A stretch of 64,000 nt of DNA, from contig WTFW01000063.1 of the NCBI GenBank assembly GCA_011523785.1, forward strand, positions 1,615 to 65,614. The letters run 5' to 3'. Below the pieces are notes generated by a model. That model was not told where the DNA came from, searched no databases, and was given only the letters and a program-made list of their open reading frames with translations. The position numbers and the translations under genes were made by a program. Origin of the DNA: Chloroflexota bacterium (GTDB lineage: Bacteria > Chloroflexota > UBA11872). Below are positions 51,092 to 61,083 of this stretch, one piece after another; the stretch's first letter is position 1, and each line of letters starts with the position of its first letter.

Positions 51092-52430
51092 CACCGACGC
51101 CGACCGGGCGGCCATGCTGCGCACGGTCGGTGTCGAGTCCATAGACGACCTCTTTGTCGACATTCCGGTTCGCCACCGCGACCCGGAGTTGGACTTGCCG
51201 CCGGCGCTTCCCGAGACCGACGTCATTCGACATCTGGGCGACCTCGGCGCGCGCAACGCAACGTCCAGCGACCTGCCCTCATTTCTCGGCGCCGGGTTCT
51301 ACCGCCACTTCGTCCCCGCGCTGGTTGACCAGCAGTTGCTGCGCTCGGAGTGGTACACGGCCTACACCCCCTATCAGCCGGAAATGGCGCAGGGCACCTT
51401 GCAGGCCATGTACGAGTTCCAGTCGCTGGTTTGCGACCTCACCGGCATGGAAGTTTCCAACGCCTCGTTGTACGACGGCGCCTCGGCGCTGGCCGAGGCC
51501 GTGCTGTTGTGTCGGGGCCTCACGCGCCGCCCGCGCGTCGTCATCGCCGACACCGTACATCCGGCCTATCGAGATGTAGCCGAGACATATGTCAGTGCGC
51601 TCGATGTCGACCTCCACGTCGTATCCGCCGCCCGCCGCGATGCAACGAGCGTTCGTCCCGATCTACAAGCGCTCGTGGACGCCATCGACCACCAGACAAG
51701 CTGCGTGGTCATCCAGCGCCCGGACTTCCTGGGCATGGTGGTTGACCCTGATCCGGTCATTCAGGCGGCGCGCGAACATGGCGCCCGCGTCGTGTTCGTC
51801 GTGGGCGATCCCGTTTCTCTGGGCCTCCTGGTTCCGCCCGGCGATCTTGGCGCCGACATCGTGGTCGGCGAGTTGCGCTCCCTGGCCGGCCCACCCGCCT
51901 ACGGCGGACCCGGCGCCGGCATGTTCGCCGTCCGGTCACCGTTGATTCGCCGCGTTCCGGGCCGGATCGCCGGTCGCACGACGGATCTGGACGGCAAGAA
52001 CGCCTTCGTCCTGACCCTGCAGACGCGCGAACAGCACATTCGACGCGAACGCGCCACGTCCAACATCACCACCAACCAGGCCCTTGTGACGCTGGGCGCC
52101 ACAATCTCGCTTTCGGCCCTGGGCCGTCACGGTCTACGCGAAATCGCCGAGCAGTCCCTGGCCGCCGCCCATCGGACGGCTGATGCCCTGGCCGCCGCCG
52201 GGGCCGCGATTGCCACCGACGCTCCCTATTTCAACGAGTTCGTGGTCCACGCGCCCGAGGGTGCCGCCGCCCGGCTGGAGCGCCTTCGCAGCGGTGGCAA
52301 CGTACTCGCCGGCGTGGATCTTGGGTGTGTGTCTCCCAGCTTCGATGATCTGATTCTCGTGGCGGCCACTGAGCTCACGACCGCCAGCGACGTCAAAGCG
52401 CTGGCATCCGCCTGGGCAAGTACCCGATGA
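51075..52430 (+). CDS. gcvPA: Glycine dehydrogenase subunit 1
   Basis: Motifs FLGAGFY, YTAYTPYQPE, NASLYDGASA and LQTREQHIRRERATSNI. Confidence 0.95.
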   Translation: MSYAPNTDADRAAMLRTVGVESIDDLFVDIPVRHRDPELDLPPALPETDVIRHLGDLGARNATSSDLPSFLGAGFYRHFVPALVDQQLLRSEWYTAYTPYQPEMAQGTLQAMYEFQSLVCDLTGMEVSNASLYDGASALAEAVLLCRGLTRRPRVVIADTVHPAYRDVAETYVSALDVDLHVVSAARRDATSVRPDLQALVDAIDHQTSCVVIQRPDFLGMVVDPDPVIQAAREHGARVVFVVGDPVSLGLLVPPGDLGADIVVGELRSLAGPPAYGGPGAGMFAVRSPLIRRVPGRIAGRTTDLDGKNAFVLTLQTREQHIRRERATSNITTNQALVTLGATISLSALGRHGLREIAEQSLAAAHRTADALAAAGAAIATDAPYFNEFVVHAPEGAAARLERLRSGGNVLAGVDLGCVSPSFDDLILVAATELTTASDVKALASAWASTR

Positions 52431-53887
52431 GCGAAGAGCCCCTGATTTACGACCTTTCGAGCCCCGGCCGCCGCGGCGTGCGCCCGCCCCTGCGCCAGTT
52501 CGAGCCAGTCGACCCGTCGTCGGTCCTACCCGATTCCCAGGTCCGGTCCGACCTGCCGCTGCCGGAAGCCTCCGAAATCGACGTCATGCGCCACTTCCTT
52601 CGCCTCTCGCACAAGAACCACAGCGTGGATACCGCCATGTACCCGCTCGGGTCATGCACCATGAAGTACAACCCCAAGGTCAACGAAGTCACGGCCCGCA
52701 CCCCGGGTCTGGCCGATATCCACCCCGCCCAGCCGCCCGCAACGGCCCAGGGCGCCCTGGAGTTGATCTACGAGCTTGAAGCCTTGCTGGCTGCCATCAC
52801 CGGCTTTCCGGCCGTCTCCACCCAACCCGCCGCTGGTTCGCAGGGCGAGCTCTGCGGCCTCCTGAGCATCCTGGCCTGGCACCAGTCGCGCGGCGAAAGC
52901 CGCACGCAAGTGCTGGTTCCCGACTCGGCCCACGGCACCAACCCCGCCACTGGAACTATGAGCGGTCTGCAGGTCATCAGCCTGCCCACCGCTGACGATG
53001 GCGGCATTGACCTTCAGAACCTGGAGGAGAGCCTCGGCCCGGGCGTGGCCGCCATCATGCTCACGCTCCCGAGCACCCTCGGCCTGTTCGAACGCCGCAT
53101 CCTTGAGGTGATCGACCTGGTCCACGCCGCCGGCGCGCAGGTCTACTGCGACGGCGCCAACATGAACGCCATGCTCGGCCGCGTCCGACCGGCCGACCTG
53201 GGCATCGACGTGATGCATCTGAATTTACATAAGACGTTCAGTACGCCTCACGGTGGCGGTGGTCCCGGCGCCGGCGCCCTTGCCGTGCAGGCGCATCTCG
53301 AACCGTTTCTGCCTGGACCGCGCGTGGTTCGAAACGGCGACGCCTTCAAACTGGCGGAAGCGCCGCCCACCAGCATCGGGCGCGTGCATAGCCACCTCGG
53401 CAACTTCGGCAACCTGGTACGCGCCTACACCTACATCCGCTCGCTCGGCGCTGAAGGTCTGCGCGAGGCCGCCGACGACGCCGTGCTCAACGCCAACTAC
53501 CTGCGGGCCTCGCTGTCCGACGACTACGACCTGCCCTACGACCGCATCTGCATGCACGAAGTCGTCCTGGCCGGTACCCGTCAGCGGCGCCTCGGTGTGC
53601 GAACCCTCGATATCGCCAAGCGGCTCATCGACTACGGCATCCACCCGCCCACCATCTACTTTCCGATCATCGTGGACGAAGCCCTGATGATCGAGCCGAC
53701 CGAGACCGAGTCCCGCGAGTCGCTCGATAACTTCATTGACGTCATGCGCCGCATCGCCCGCGAAGTCGAATCCGATCCCGACAAGCTCCACGACGCCCCC
53801 GTCAACGCCCCCGTCCGCCGCCTCGACGAAGTCACCGCCAACCGCCGCCCCAACGTCCGCCGGCAATCTCCGGTTGGCGAGGTCTGA
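52427..53887 (+). CDS. gcvPB: Glycine dehydrogenase subunit 2
   Basis: Motifs YPLGSCTMKYNP, SAHGTNPA, HLNLHKTFSTPHGGGGPG (PLP Lys) and MIEPTETES. Confidence 0.97.
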   Translation: MSEEPLIYDLSSPGRRGVRPPLRQFEPVDPSSVLPDSQVRSDLPLPEASEIDVMRHFLRLSHKNHSVDTAMYPLGSCTMKYNPKVNEVTARTPGLADIHPAQPPATAQGALELIYELEALLAAITGFPAVSTQPAAGSQGELCGLLSILAWHQSRGESRTQVLVPDSAHGTNPATGTMSGLQVISLPTADDGGIDLQNLEESLGPGVAAIMLTLPSTLGLFERRILEVIDLVHAAGAQVYCDGANMNAMLGRVRPADLGIDVMHLNLHKTFSTPHGGGGPGAGALAVQAHLEPFLPGPRVVRNGDAFKLAEAPPTSIGRVHSHLGNFGNLVRAYTYIRSLGAEGLREAADDAVLNANYLRASLSDDYDLPYDRICMHEVVLAGTRQRRLGVRTLDIAKRLIDYGIHPPTIYFPIIVDEALMIEPTETESRESLDNFIDVMRRIAREVESDPDKLHDAPVNAPVRRLDEVTANRRPNVRRQSPVGEV

Positions 53888-54008
53888 CAACCCGGCGCAA
53901 CCGCTGGTGCGGGTAGGCTGAGGCCCGGGGCGGTGTCGTCCGAAGCCTTGCGGCGACCTGTCCCCACCATCGATCCATGGAGCGGCGCTGAGCCAGAGGG
54001 GAACCGCC

Positions 54009-54833
54009 ATGAAGTTTGTCCGATATCAGACGGATGCCGGGGCCGCCTACGGCTCGCTTGAGGAGGGTGGAGCTGTGAACGCCGTCAGCGGAGACATCTT
54101 CGGTGACTTTGATGTTGGTGGTCGCGTCGCGGACTATGACGACTTGAAGATCTTGGCGCCCATTGACCCACCGAAGCTGATTGGCGTTGGCGGCAACTAT
54201 CTTGAGCACCTCCACGAAGGTGGCGAGGATGTGTTCGTTCCGCAGTTCCCAATGGTGTTTCAACTCCCGTCGACATCGGTGATTGGACCAGGCGATCCCA
54301 TCGTGATTCCCGACAAGGCGGGCTTCACCCACGCCGTCAACGATCCGAGCCTGCAAGACGCACCATTCAGCCCGGTCGACTACGAATCTGAACTCGTCGC
54401 CGTGATCGGCAAGCCCTGCCACCGCATCGACCCCGAGGAAGCGCTGGACTATGTCCTTGGATACAGCTGCGGCAACGACGTGAGCGCCCGCCCGTTGCAG
54501 GTGGCGGAGATGGCCACCGGCGTTCTGATGCTGGGGAAGGGCCTGGAGACGTTCAAGCCGCTCGGTCCGGTGATTGCCACCGATCTGGATCCGACGAATC
54601 TGCGACTACGCGGTCGCCACAACGGGGTGGTCACGCAAGACACGAGCACGTCCGACTTGCTCTTCAGCGTGGCGTCACTGGTGACGTACCTGGCACAGGC
54701 GATCCGGCTCGAGCCCGGCGACTGCATCTATACGGGCACGCCCTCGGGCGGCGGATCGCTCGTGCCGGGAGACACGATCGAGGTTGAAATCGACGGCATC
54801 GGCGTCCTTGGCAATCCGGTCGTGGCGGGGTAG
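54009..54833 (+). CDS. Fumarylacetoacetate hydrolase family protein
   Basis: Motifs GNY..H, DYESEL, NDVSAR, GKG..TF.PLGP and GDCIYTGTP. Confidence 0.92.
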   Translation: MKFVRYQTDAGAAYGSLEEGGAVNAVSGDIFGDFDVGGRVADYDDLKILAPIDPPKLIGVGGNYLEHLHEGGEDVFVPQFPMVFQLPSTSVIGPGDPIVIPDKAGFTHAVNDPSLQDAPFSPVDYESELVAVIGKPCHRIDPEEALDYVLGYSCGNDVSARPLQVAEMATGVLMLGKGLETFKPLGPVIATDLDPTNLRLRGRHNGVVTQDTSTSDLLFSVASLVTYLAQAIRLEPGDCIYTGTPSGGGSLVPGDTIEVEIDGIGVLGNPVVAG

Positions 54834-54842
54834 GCCGCAAGC

Positions 54843-55943
54843 CTAGGATCGACTCCCGTCCACGCGGCGTTCAGCCAACCAGTCCTCCCGGTATTCGAGG
54901 CCGAATCCGGGGCGGTCGGGAACCTGCACCATGCCGTCGACGATTCGGACAGGTTCGAGCCAACACTCGTCGTGCGTGTGACCGCTGGCTTCCAGGTAGA
55001 TGCTGTTGGTCATGGCGGCGAGAAGCTGGCAGTTGTGCTGCCAGCCGCCATGCGTGGCAATTCGGACGTTATAGGCGTCAGCCAGGGCGGCCGTCTCCAT
55101 GATCTCCATCACGCCTCCGGCGCGACGCGCGTCCGGCTGCAGAATGTCCACGCCCCGTTTCTCAAGTAAGTCGAGCACGGCGTACTTGCCGTAGACATTC
55201 TCACCGGTGGCGATGGGGACCTTGACGGCGGCGCGCAACTCGCCGTACTCGGTATTCATCCACGGGCGCAGCGGCTCCTCGTACCAGAAGATGTCGTACG
55301 GCTCGTAGGCGTTACCGCGGCGGATGGCCTCATCCACGGGGTGGATCTGGTTGGCGTCCACCATGACGTGAATCTCTGGTCCGAGGGCATCGCGAACGGC
55401 TTCGAGGCGGCGCAGGTCGTCGGCGAGGTCCGGAGCGCCGACCTTGACCTTGACGGCCCGATACCCGGCGTCGATGGCGCGCTGGCACCGGACCACCAGC
55501 TCGTCGACCGGATAGTTCAGCCATCCGACCATGCCGTAGGCCGGGATCTCGGTGCGGTACTGCCCGAGGAGTTGGGCGACTGACGCATCTCGGGCTTTGC
55601 CGAGGATGTCCCACGCGCAGTAGTCGATTACGGAGATGCCAAAGACGCCAAGTCCGCTCACGCCGAAGTATTCGGTCTGGTCGAACAGGTGTTTGCGCAG
55701 CAGGCGGGGCATGGAGGCGTCCTGTCCGACGACCAGCTTTCGCATTTCGACTTCGAACAGTTGGCGGGTTAGCTCGCCGCCGTAGCCCGAAATGCTCAGG
55801 GTGAAGGTGCCGTAAAGACCGACTTCGGTGTGCAGGCGCACGACAAGGTCGCGACCGGACGCGATTCGGTGAATGGAGTCTTCGATTACGCGTGGGGGAC
55901 CAGGCTGTTGAATGACTATGGTTTCGAGTTCAGTGATTCGCAT
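54843..55943 (-). CDS. Mandelate racemase-subgroup enolase-superfamily enzyme (probable acid-sugar dehydratase)
   Basis: Motifs AWDILGK, KVK, MVDANQ, WYEEP, TGEN, QPD, ATHG and PGFG. Confidence 0.92.
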   Translation of the reverse strand: MRITELETIVIQQPGPPRVIEDSIHRIASGRDLVVRLHTEVGLYGTFTLSISGYGGELTRQLFEVEMRKLVVGQDASMPRLLRKHLFDQTEYFGVSGLGVFGISVIDYCAWDILGKARDASVAQLLGQYRTEIPAYGMVGWLNYPVDELVVRCQRAIDAGYRAVKVKVGAPDLADDLRRLEAVRDALGPEIHVMVDANQIHPVDEAIRRGNAYEPYDIFWYEEPLRPWMNTEYGELRAAVKVPIATGENVYGKYAVLDLLEKRGVDILQPDARRAGGVMEIMETAALADAYNVRIATHGGWQHNCQLLAAMTNSIYLEASGHTHDECWLEPVRIVDGMVQVPDRPGFGLEYREDWLAERRVDGSRS

Positions 55944-56135
55944 GTGGTCTTGCCATTTCTGAACTTGCAGGCGAATCGGCGACTGGTGAGGTCTGGCAGT
56001 CTAGTCGGTCGACGTAGGTTCGCTCGTCGCCTGGCAGTGAGCTGCTGGCTTTAGGCCTGTCGGACCGGAGGACTTCCATACACGTACCAAAGCCGCGTGC
56101 GAGGATGTCCGCGAGCGTATTCCGGAGGCGTAACC

Positions 56136-57161
56136 GTGCCTGCAATTGATGTCCCGCGGGTGTCGTTCGTCGGTTCGGGCCGGATTTCGATTGACAGTGT
56201 CAGGGTGTCGGATCCCGCACCCAACCAGATTCGCGTGTGCACGACCCAGTCGCTGATCAGCGCCGGGTCGGAACGCAACAGCTTCGAGTCGCCAGACGTC
56301 GAACCCCGATCGCCCGGCTATTCGAGCGTTGGGGTGGTGGACGCGGTGGGTCGGCAGGTGGCCGGCTATCGCGAAGGCGATCGCGTCTATGCCACCTCCC
56401 CGCATCAGGGTGCGCATCTCGTGGAAGTGGATTCGCCTCGCGTAGTCGATAGGAAAGAGCATTACCCGCCTCCCAGGATTCCCGACTCGGTAACGGACGT
56501 GCAGGCCACGTTCCTTTCGCTGTGCGACGTGGCGCTGCACGGCGTTCGACGCGGGCGCCCGTACATTGGGGACTCGGTGGCGGTCTTTGGTCAGGGCGTG
56601 GTGGGTCAGCTGGTGACGCAGTTTGCGCGCATGGTGACTCCCTATCCGCTGATCGCCGTGGACTTGGTCGACGAGCGGCTGGAGCTGGCTCGCCGCAGCG
56701 GCGCGACGCACACCGTGAACGCGGGCCGAGAGGATGCGGTGGAGCGGGTGATCCACTTGACGGGCGGCGAAGGTGCGCGGGTTGTCTTCATGGTCACGCG
56801 CACGCCCGCGATCCTTCCTGATTGCATGCGAGCCACGGCGGCTGGCGGGACAGTGACGCTCACGGGGAGTCCGCCTGGCGCCGTTGAGATTCGTCTCCAG
56901 GAAGAGCTGCTACGGAAGGAATTGACGATCACCGGCACCTACCAGACGCGCCTGTATCCCCTGACGGCCTATCACATGCAACGGTGGACGCGGCCGGCGA
57001 ATCGCCTCTACATCTATCAATTGATGGGTCGCGGCGGTGTGGATGTCGATCACCTGGTGTCGCACCACGTGCCGTACACGGAGGCCCAGGAAATGTACGC
57101 CATGATCGCGCGAGGCCCGGTCGGCTGGACCGGCATCGTGCTTGACTGGAGCGACGCCTAG
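56136..57161 (+). CDS. Medium-chain dehydrogenase/reductase (MDR) family oxidoreductase
   Basis: GGAGG RBS then GTG 56136. Motifs SLISAGSE, PGYSSVG, GDRV and FGQGVVG (Rossmann fold). Confidence 0.88.
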   Translation: MPAIDVPRVSFVGSGRISIDSVRVSDPAPNQIRVCTTQSLISAGSERNSFESPDVEPRSPGYSSVGVVDAVGRQVAGYREGDRVYATSPHQGAHLVEVDSPRVVDRKEHYPPPRIPDSVTDVQATFLSLCDVALHGVRRGRPYIGDSVAVFGQGVVGQLVTQFARMVTPYPLIAVDLVDERLELARRSGATHTVNAGREDAVERVIHLTGGEGARVVFMVTRTPAILPDCMRATAAGGTVTLTGSPPGAVEIRLQEELLRKELTITGTYQTRLYPLTAYHMQRWTRPANRLYIYQLMGRGGVDVDHLVSHHVPYTEAQEMYAMIARGPVGWTGIVLDWSDA

Positions 57162-57220
57162 AGCCAGGCGATTCGGGCGGCGGAACCAACGTGTCGGATC
57201 CGCCGCCCGCTTCGTCCGAA

Positions 57221-58510
57221 TCAGTCTGCGGGCAGGCGCGGCATCCAGTCGGGACGCGGGAGACGGCCCTCGAAGCTGTAGTAGGGATCGTCCCGATCCA
57301 GCGGCAGTTGGACGGTCGACGCGGTGGCGGCGGACTTGTAAATCGCCCGCGTGAGCTCGACATGCTGCCGCGCGATGGTCTGGGGGAACGGGATCGGCCG
57401 ACCCTCAAGAACGCAACTGGCCCAGAGCCGGCTCTGATGCAGCTGGCTGGGGGCCTCCGGGAGGTCCTCCAGACCTTCGCCCAGGGCTTCCAGCTCGGCC
57501 ACCACGCCCGGCGTGTTGGTGGAACCGAACGAGAGCGTGTGCTTGAACACGCTCTCTCGGCCGGTGTTCAACAGGATGGTGGGCTGGCCCCAGCCCAGGT
57601 GTTCGTGGGTCACCACCATCGAGGCGTTCTGGCCTACGAATTCCCAGCGCGTCTGCTCGGTCTGGGGATGCTCGTGATGCAGCAGGGATCCCTGCACGAT
57701 GCCCACCGCCCCGTTGGCATAGCGGACCAGGGCCAGGCTGTAGCTGTCGTGCTCGATCTCACGCAGAAAGCCGCCCGAGTACGCCGTAACTTCGACGACC
57801 GGCGAGCCGAGAGCAAACAGAAATGGCTCGATCACATAGCGGCCGTGGTGAAAAACCGCGCCTCCGCCTTCGGTGTCAAACTTCCCGTGCCAGCCGCCCA
57901 TGTAGTACGACTGCTGGTGGTACCAGTTGATCTCGATCTTGGCCACGGCCAGCGGCCCCATAAGGCCGCTGCCAATCGCGCGGCGGGCGTGCTGCAGGCC
58001 TCTCGTGTATCGGCCGCCGCATTGCGAGGCGTAGGTGATCCCGGCCTCTTCGACCGCGGCCAGGATTTCGTCCGCTTCCTGCACGCTCTTGGCCATCGGG
58101 CCTTCGGTGAATACGTGCTTGCCGGCTCGCGCGGCGGCCACGACCGGCACGCCGCGGATGGGCGGAGTGGTCAGCACGGCGACGGCGTCGATCTCGGGAT
58201 CGCTGAGCAGGGCCTCGTGCCCGTCGTACGTCCGGATGTCGTTGTTGGCTGCGGCCTGGGCGTGTTCGGCCATCTGCCGGGCCGCCTCGCGCGCTTCGTC
58301 GTCTCGGGCGTTTATGGCCAGGGCGCGCTGGCGGGCGGCCTCGGCGGTGTACGCCTCGTGAATGGCCTCGGCCCGGTCCTCGGCCAGCTTGGGATACAGG
58401 TCGGCCGTGGCCACCACCTGGGCCAGGTCGGTCATCCCCGCGTAGATGTCGGTGTAGAGCCGAGAGATTCCGCCGCAGCCGATGAATCCGACTTTGAGCT
58501 TGCGGTCCAT
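57221..58510 (-). CDS. Gfo/Idh/MocA family oxidoreductase (atypical active site)
   Basis: Motifs VGFIGCGGIS, LLSDPEIDAV..LTTP, AARAGKHVF and EGGGAV. Confidence 0.88.
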   Translation of the reverse strand: MDRKLKVGFIGCGGISRLYTDIYAGMTDLAQVVATADLYPKLAEDRAEAIHEAYTAEAARQRALAINARDDEAREAARQMAEHAQAAANNDIRTYDGHEALLSDPEIDAVAVLTTPPIRGVPVVAAARAGKHVFTEGPMAKSVQEADEILAAVEEAGITYASQCGGRYTRGLQHARRAIGSGLMGPLAVAKIEINWYHQQSYYMGGWHGKFDTEGGGAVFHHGRYVIEPFLFALGSPVVEVTAYSGGFLREIEHDSYSLALVRYANGAVGIVQGSLLHHEHPQTEQTRWEFVGQNASMVVTHEHLGWGQPTILLNTGRESVFKHTLSFGSTNTPGVVAELEALGEGLEDLPEAPSQLHQSRLWASCVLEGRPIPFPQTIARQHVELTRAIYKSAATASTVQLPLDRDDPYYSFEGRLPRPDWMPRLPAD

Positions 58511-58656
58511 ATGCCTGTGCTCCAGCCGATGGGTTGGCGGGATGGTATACGAACCACGGATGCCTGGTGGCCAGGGCTAAGCGCGCTACGGCGCAGGGGC
58601 GTAGCATGCCAGCCATACCTCGGATGGACGGAACGACGGCGGAAGGAGCCGTAGGC

Positions 58657-59946
58657 ATGTCAGCACTGGCCCTGCACGGTGGATCACCCATCCGCACCGA
58701 GCCGTACAACGCGTGGCCGGAGTTCGACGAGGCCGAAATCGAGGCCGTGGTCGACGCACTGCGCACCGGCAGCTGGGCGACCGGCGAGGGTAACCGAAGC
58801 CTGACCAACTTCGAGCGGTCGTTCGCCGCCTACCAGGGCGCCGAGTACTGCCTGGCCGTGAGCAGCGGCACCAGCGCGCTGGAAATCGGGCTGCGGTCGC
58901 TGCGGCTGCCGCGGGGTTCCGAAGTCATCCTTTCGCCCTACACCTACATGGCCAGCCCCACCGCCGTGCTGAACGTGGGGCTGGTGCCGATCTTCGTGGA
59001 CATGGACCCGGAGACCTACAACATCGATCCGCACCAAATCGAGGCGGCGATAACCGACCGCTCCGGCGCGATCATGACCGTGCACTTTGGCGGGCTGGCC
59101 TGCGATATGGGTGAGGTTCTCGACATTGCGCGCCGGCGCGACCTGAAGGTGATCGAGGACGCCGCGCACGCGCACGGGTCGACGTGGAACGACCGCGGGC
59201 TCGGCACGATCGGCGACGTCGGCTGCTTCAGCCTGGGTCCCGGCAAGAACCTCACGCCCGGCGTCGGCGGCGCCGTGATGACGAACGATCTTGAGATCTA
59301 CAGGCACGCCATCGCCTATTCCGAAATGGACATTGGCGGACGGGTGATGCGCTTCGGCGAGATGGGTCTGGATACAGAGGCCGCCGAACCCGACGAGTGG
59401 TTCCCCTACAGTTCAGGCAACCGTCGTCTCGGCGGCGTGCTGGCCGCCCTGGCTAGTGCGCAACTGGATCGTTTGGAAGGGCAAACCCAGCGTCGCTCGG
59501 ACAACGGTCGGTACCTTGCCGAGCTGCTGGAAGACGTGGATGGGCTCTCATCGCGCCGCGAGGACCCCTACGTCACGCGCAACGCCAACCACCTGCACAT
59601 CGTGCGCTATGACGCGGCAGGATTCGACGGGTTACCGCGAGATCGCTTCGTCGAGGCCATGCAGGCGGAGGGCCTGGGAATCCGGGCCGGCTACCGACGC
59701 CCCATGAACCGCGCCGACCTATTTCGCGACCCCAACGGCGAACTATCCCTGGTCTGGCCCCGCGGCGACGGGCCACCGGACGTGGACTATGCGTCCATGT
59801 CGTGCCCGCACGCCGAACGCGCCTGCGCGACCGAAGACCTCTGGATCACCCAGAACATGATGCTCAGCGGCCCCAGGGCCATGGAGGAAATCGTCGACGG
59901 AGCGGAGAAGGTCCGCGACAACCTGTCGACGCTGGGCGACTCGTAG
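58657..59946 (+). CDS. DegT/DnrJ/EryC1/StrS family PLP-dependent sugar aminotransferase
   Basis: GAAGGAG RBS then ATG 58657. Motifs SSGTSAL, PIFVD, IEDAAHAHG and FSLGPGKNL (PLP Lys). Confidence 0.93.
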   Translation: MSALALHGGSPIRTEPYNAWPEFDEAEIEAVVDALRTGSWATGEGNRSLTNFERSFAAYQGAEYCLAVSSGTSALEIGLRSLRLPRGSEVILSPYTYMASPTAVLNVGLVPIFVDMDPETYNIDPHQIEAAITDRSGAIMTVHFGGLACDMGEVLDIARRRDLKVIEDAAHAHGSTWNDRGLGTIGDVGCFSLGPGKNLTPGVGGAVMTNDLEIYRHAIAYSEMDIGGRVMRFGEMGLDTEAAEPDEWFPYSSGNRRLGGVLAALASAQLDRLEGQTQRRSDNGRYLAELLEDVDGLSSRREDPYVTRNANHLHIVRYDAAGFDGLPRDRFVEAMQAEGLGIRAGYRRPMNRADLFRDPNGELSLVWPRGDGPPDVDYASMSCPHAERACATEDLWITQNMMLSGPRAMEEIVDGAEKVRDNLSTLGDS

Positions 59947-60011
59947 AGAGTCAGAGCGCCGGCTTACGCCTGTCCGTCAGCCGCGAAGTCAGTCCGACAA
60001 GGTTGTAAGCG

Positions 60012-61034
60012 TTAGCCCTTGATGCCGGTGAGGGTGATTCCCCGCACGAACTGCCGTTGCGCGAAGAAGAAGACCACGATGATCGGCATTACGGAGATCA
60101 TGGCAACGGCCATTTGCAAGGTGTGCTGTTGTTCCATGTATTGCCCGGCGGCAAAGTAGCGCAGTCCAACCGGGAGCGTAATGCGGTCGGGCGAATTCAG
60201 AACGATGAGAGGAAGAAAAAAGTCGTTCCAGTTGCCGATAAAGGCGAGCGCCGCAACGGTAGCAATTGCCGGTCTTGAGAGCGGCAGGATGACTCGAAAC
60301 AGAATCCCAAGTCGCGAGGCCCCGTCGGTACGCGCAGCCTCGTCGAGCTCAATTGGAATTGTCATAAAGAACTGGCGCAATATAAATATGTAAAAGGCGC
60401 CGCCGCCAAGTCCGGGCACAATCAGCGGCCAAAGTGTGTCTAACCAACCAAGGTCCCGGAAGATGATGACAACGGGAATGATGGTGACGTGCAAGGGCAG
60501 CATCATGGTTGAGAGCAAGACCATGAAAATGACTCGATTCCCGGGGAATTCCAGGCGAGCGAATCCATAGGCGACGACACAGCTTACGAAGGTCCCGACC
60601 GTCACACCTATGAAGGTCACAATGAACGAGTTAAATAGCCACCAAGGTACCGGATGGTGCTGCCACACATATGTGTAGTTTTCCCAGGCCGGAGGGAACG
60701 GCCAAAACAAGTCCGGGTCATAAACCTGGCTGGTCGTCATGAAGGACCAGCGAACCATGTAGATGAAAGGAATCGCATACATAATGCTGCCGCCGATCAG
60801 CAGCAGGTAGAAAAGCGCCCTGGTCAGCGCGCGCAACACTCGCACCGAGGTCGAGCGCACGGTGATCGGCTTGCCCGAATAAGCGACCGGTTGCCCTGGG
60901 GCGCCCAACGGGGCGGTGAGCCCTCCGCCTAGACTAGCTGTACCGGACGAGCTGGCCGGCTGGGCGCGTGCGGAAACCCTTGGCTGGGCAGGCGTTGGCA
61001 CGAGAGGTTCCCTTCGGGTTGGGCGATGCCTCAT
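60012..61034 (-). CDS. Carbohydrate ABC transporter permease (MalG-type), copy 2
   Basis: Motifs AYGFARLEFPG, EAA loop ELDEAARTDGAS, PLSRPA and WNDF. Start uncertain. Confidence 0.93.
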   Translation of the reverse strand: MRHRPTRREPLVPTPAQPRVSARAQPASSSGTASLGGGLTAPLGAPGQPVAYSGKPITVRSTSVRVLRALTRALFYLLLIGGSIMYAIPFIYMVRWSFMTTSQVYDPDLFWPFPPAWENYTYVWQHHPVPWWLFNSFIVTFIGVTVGTFVSCVVAYGFARLEFPGNRVIFMVLLSTMMLPLHVTIIPVVIIFRDLGWLDTLWPLIVPGLGGGAFYIFILRQFFMTIPIELDEAARTDGASRLGILFRVILPLSRPAIATVAALAFIGNWNDFFLPLIVLNSPDRITLPVGLRYFAAGQYMEQQHTLQMAVAMISVMPIIVVFFFAQRQFVRGITLTGIKG

Positions 61035-61083
61035 CGCGAAACAGTGCCGAGCTTCGAGGTGCAGCGCACCGAGTGTTCGAACC

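Noticed and set aside
55944..56135. Riboswitch in the dehydratase/MDR intergenic region
   Set aside because: Some stems are possible but no recognisable aptamer consensus; GC-rich background folds easily.
56136..57161. MDR lacking catalytic Zn ligands as a pseudo-enzyme
   Set aside because: The S.G(T/S)E and GYS pattern is a common MDR subfamily signature, not decay.
57191..58654. 487-aa + strand ORF opposite the Gfo/Idh/MocA gene
   Set aside because: No motifs; the - strand ORF has the Rossmann and family signatures.
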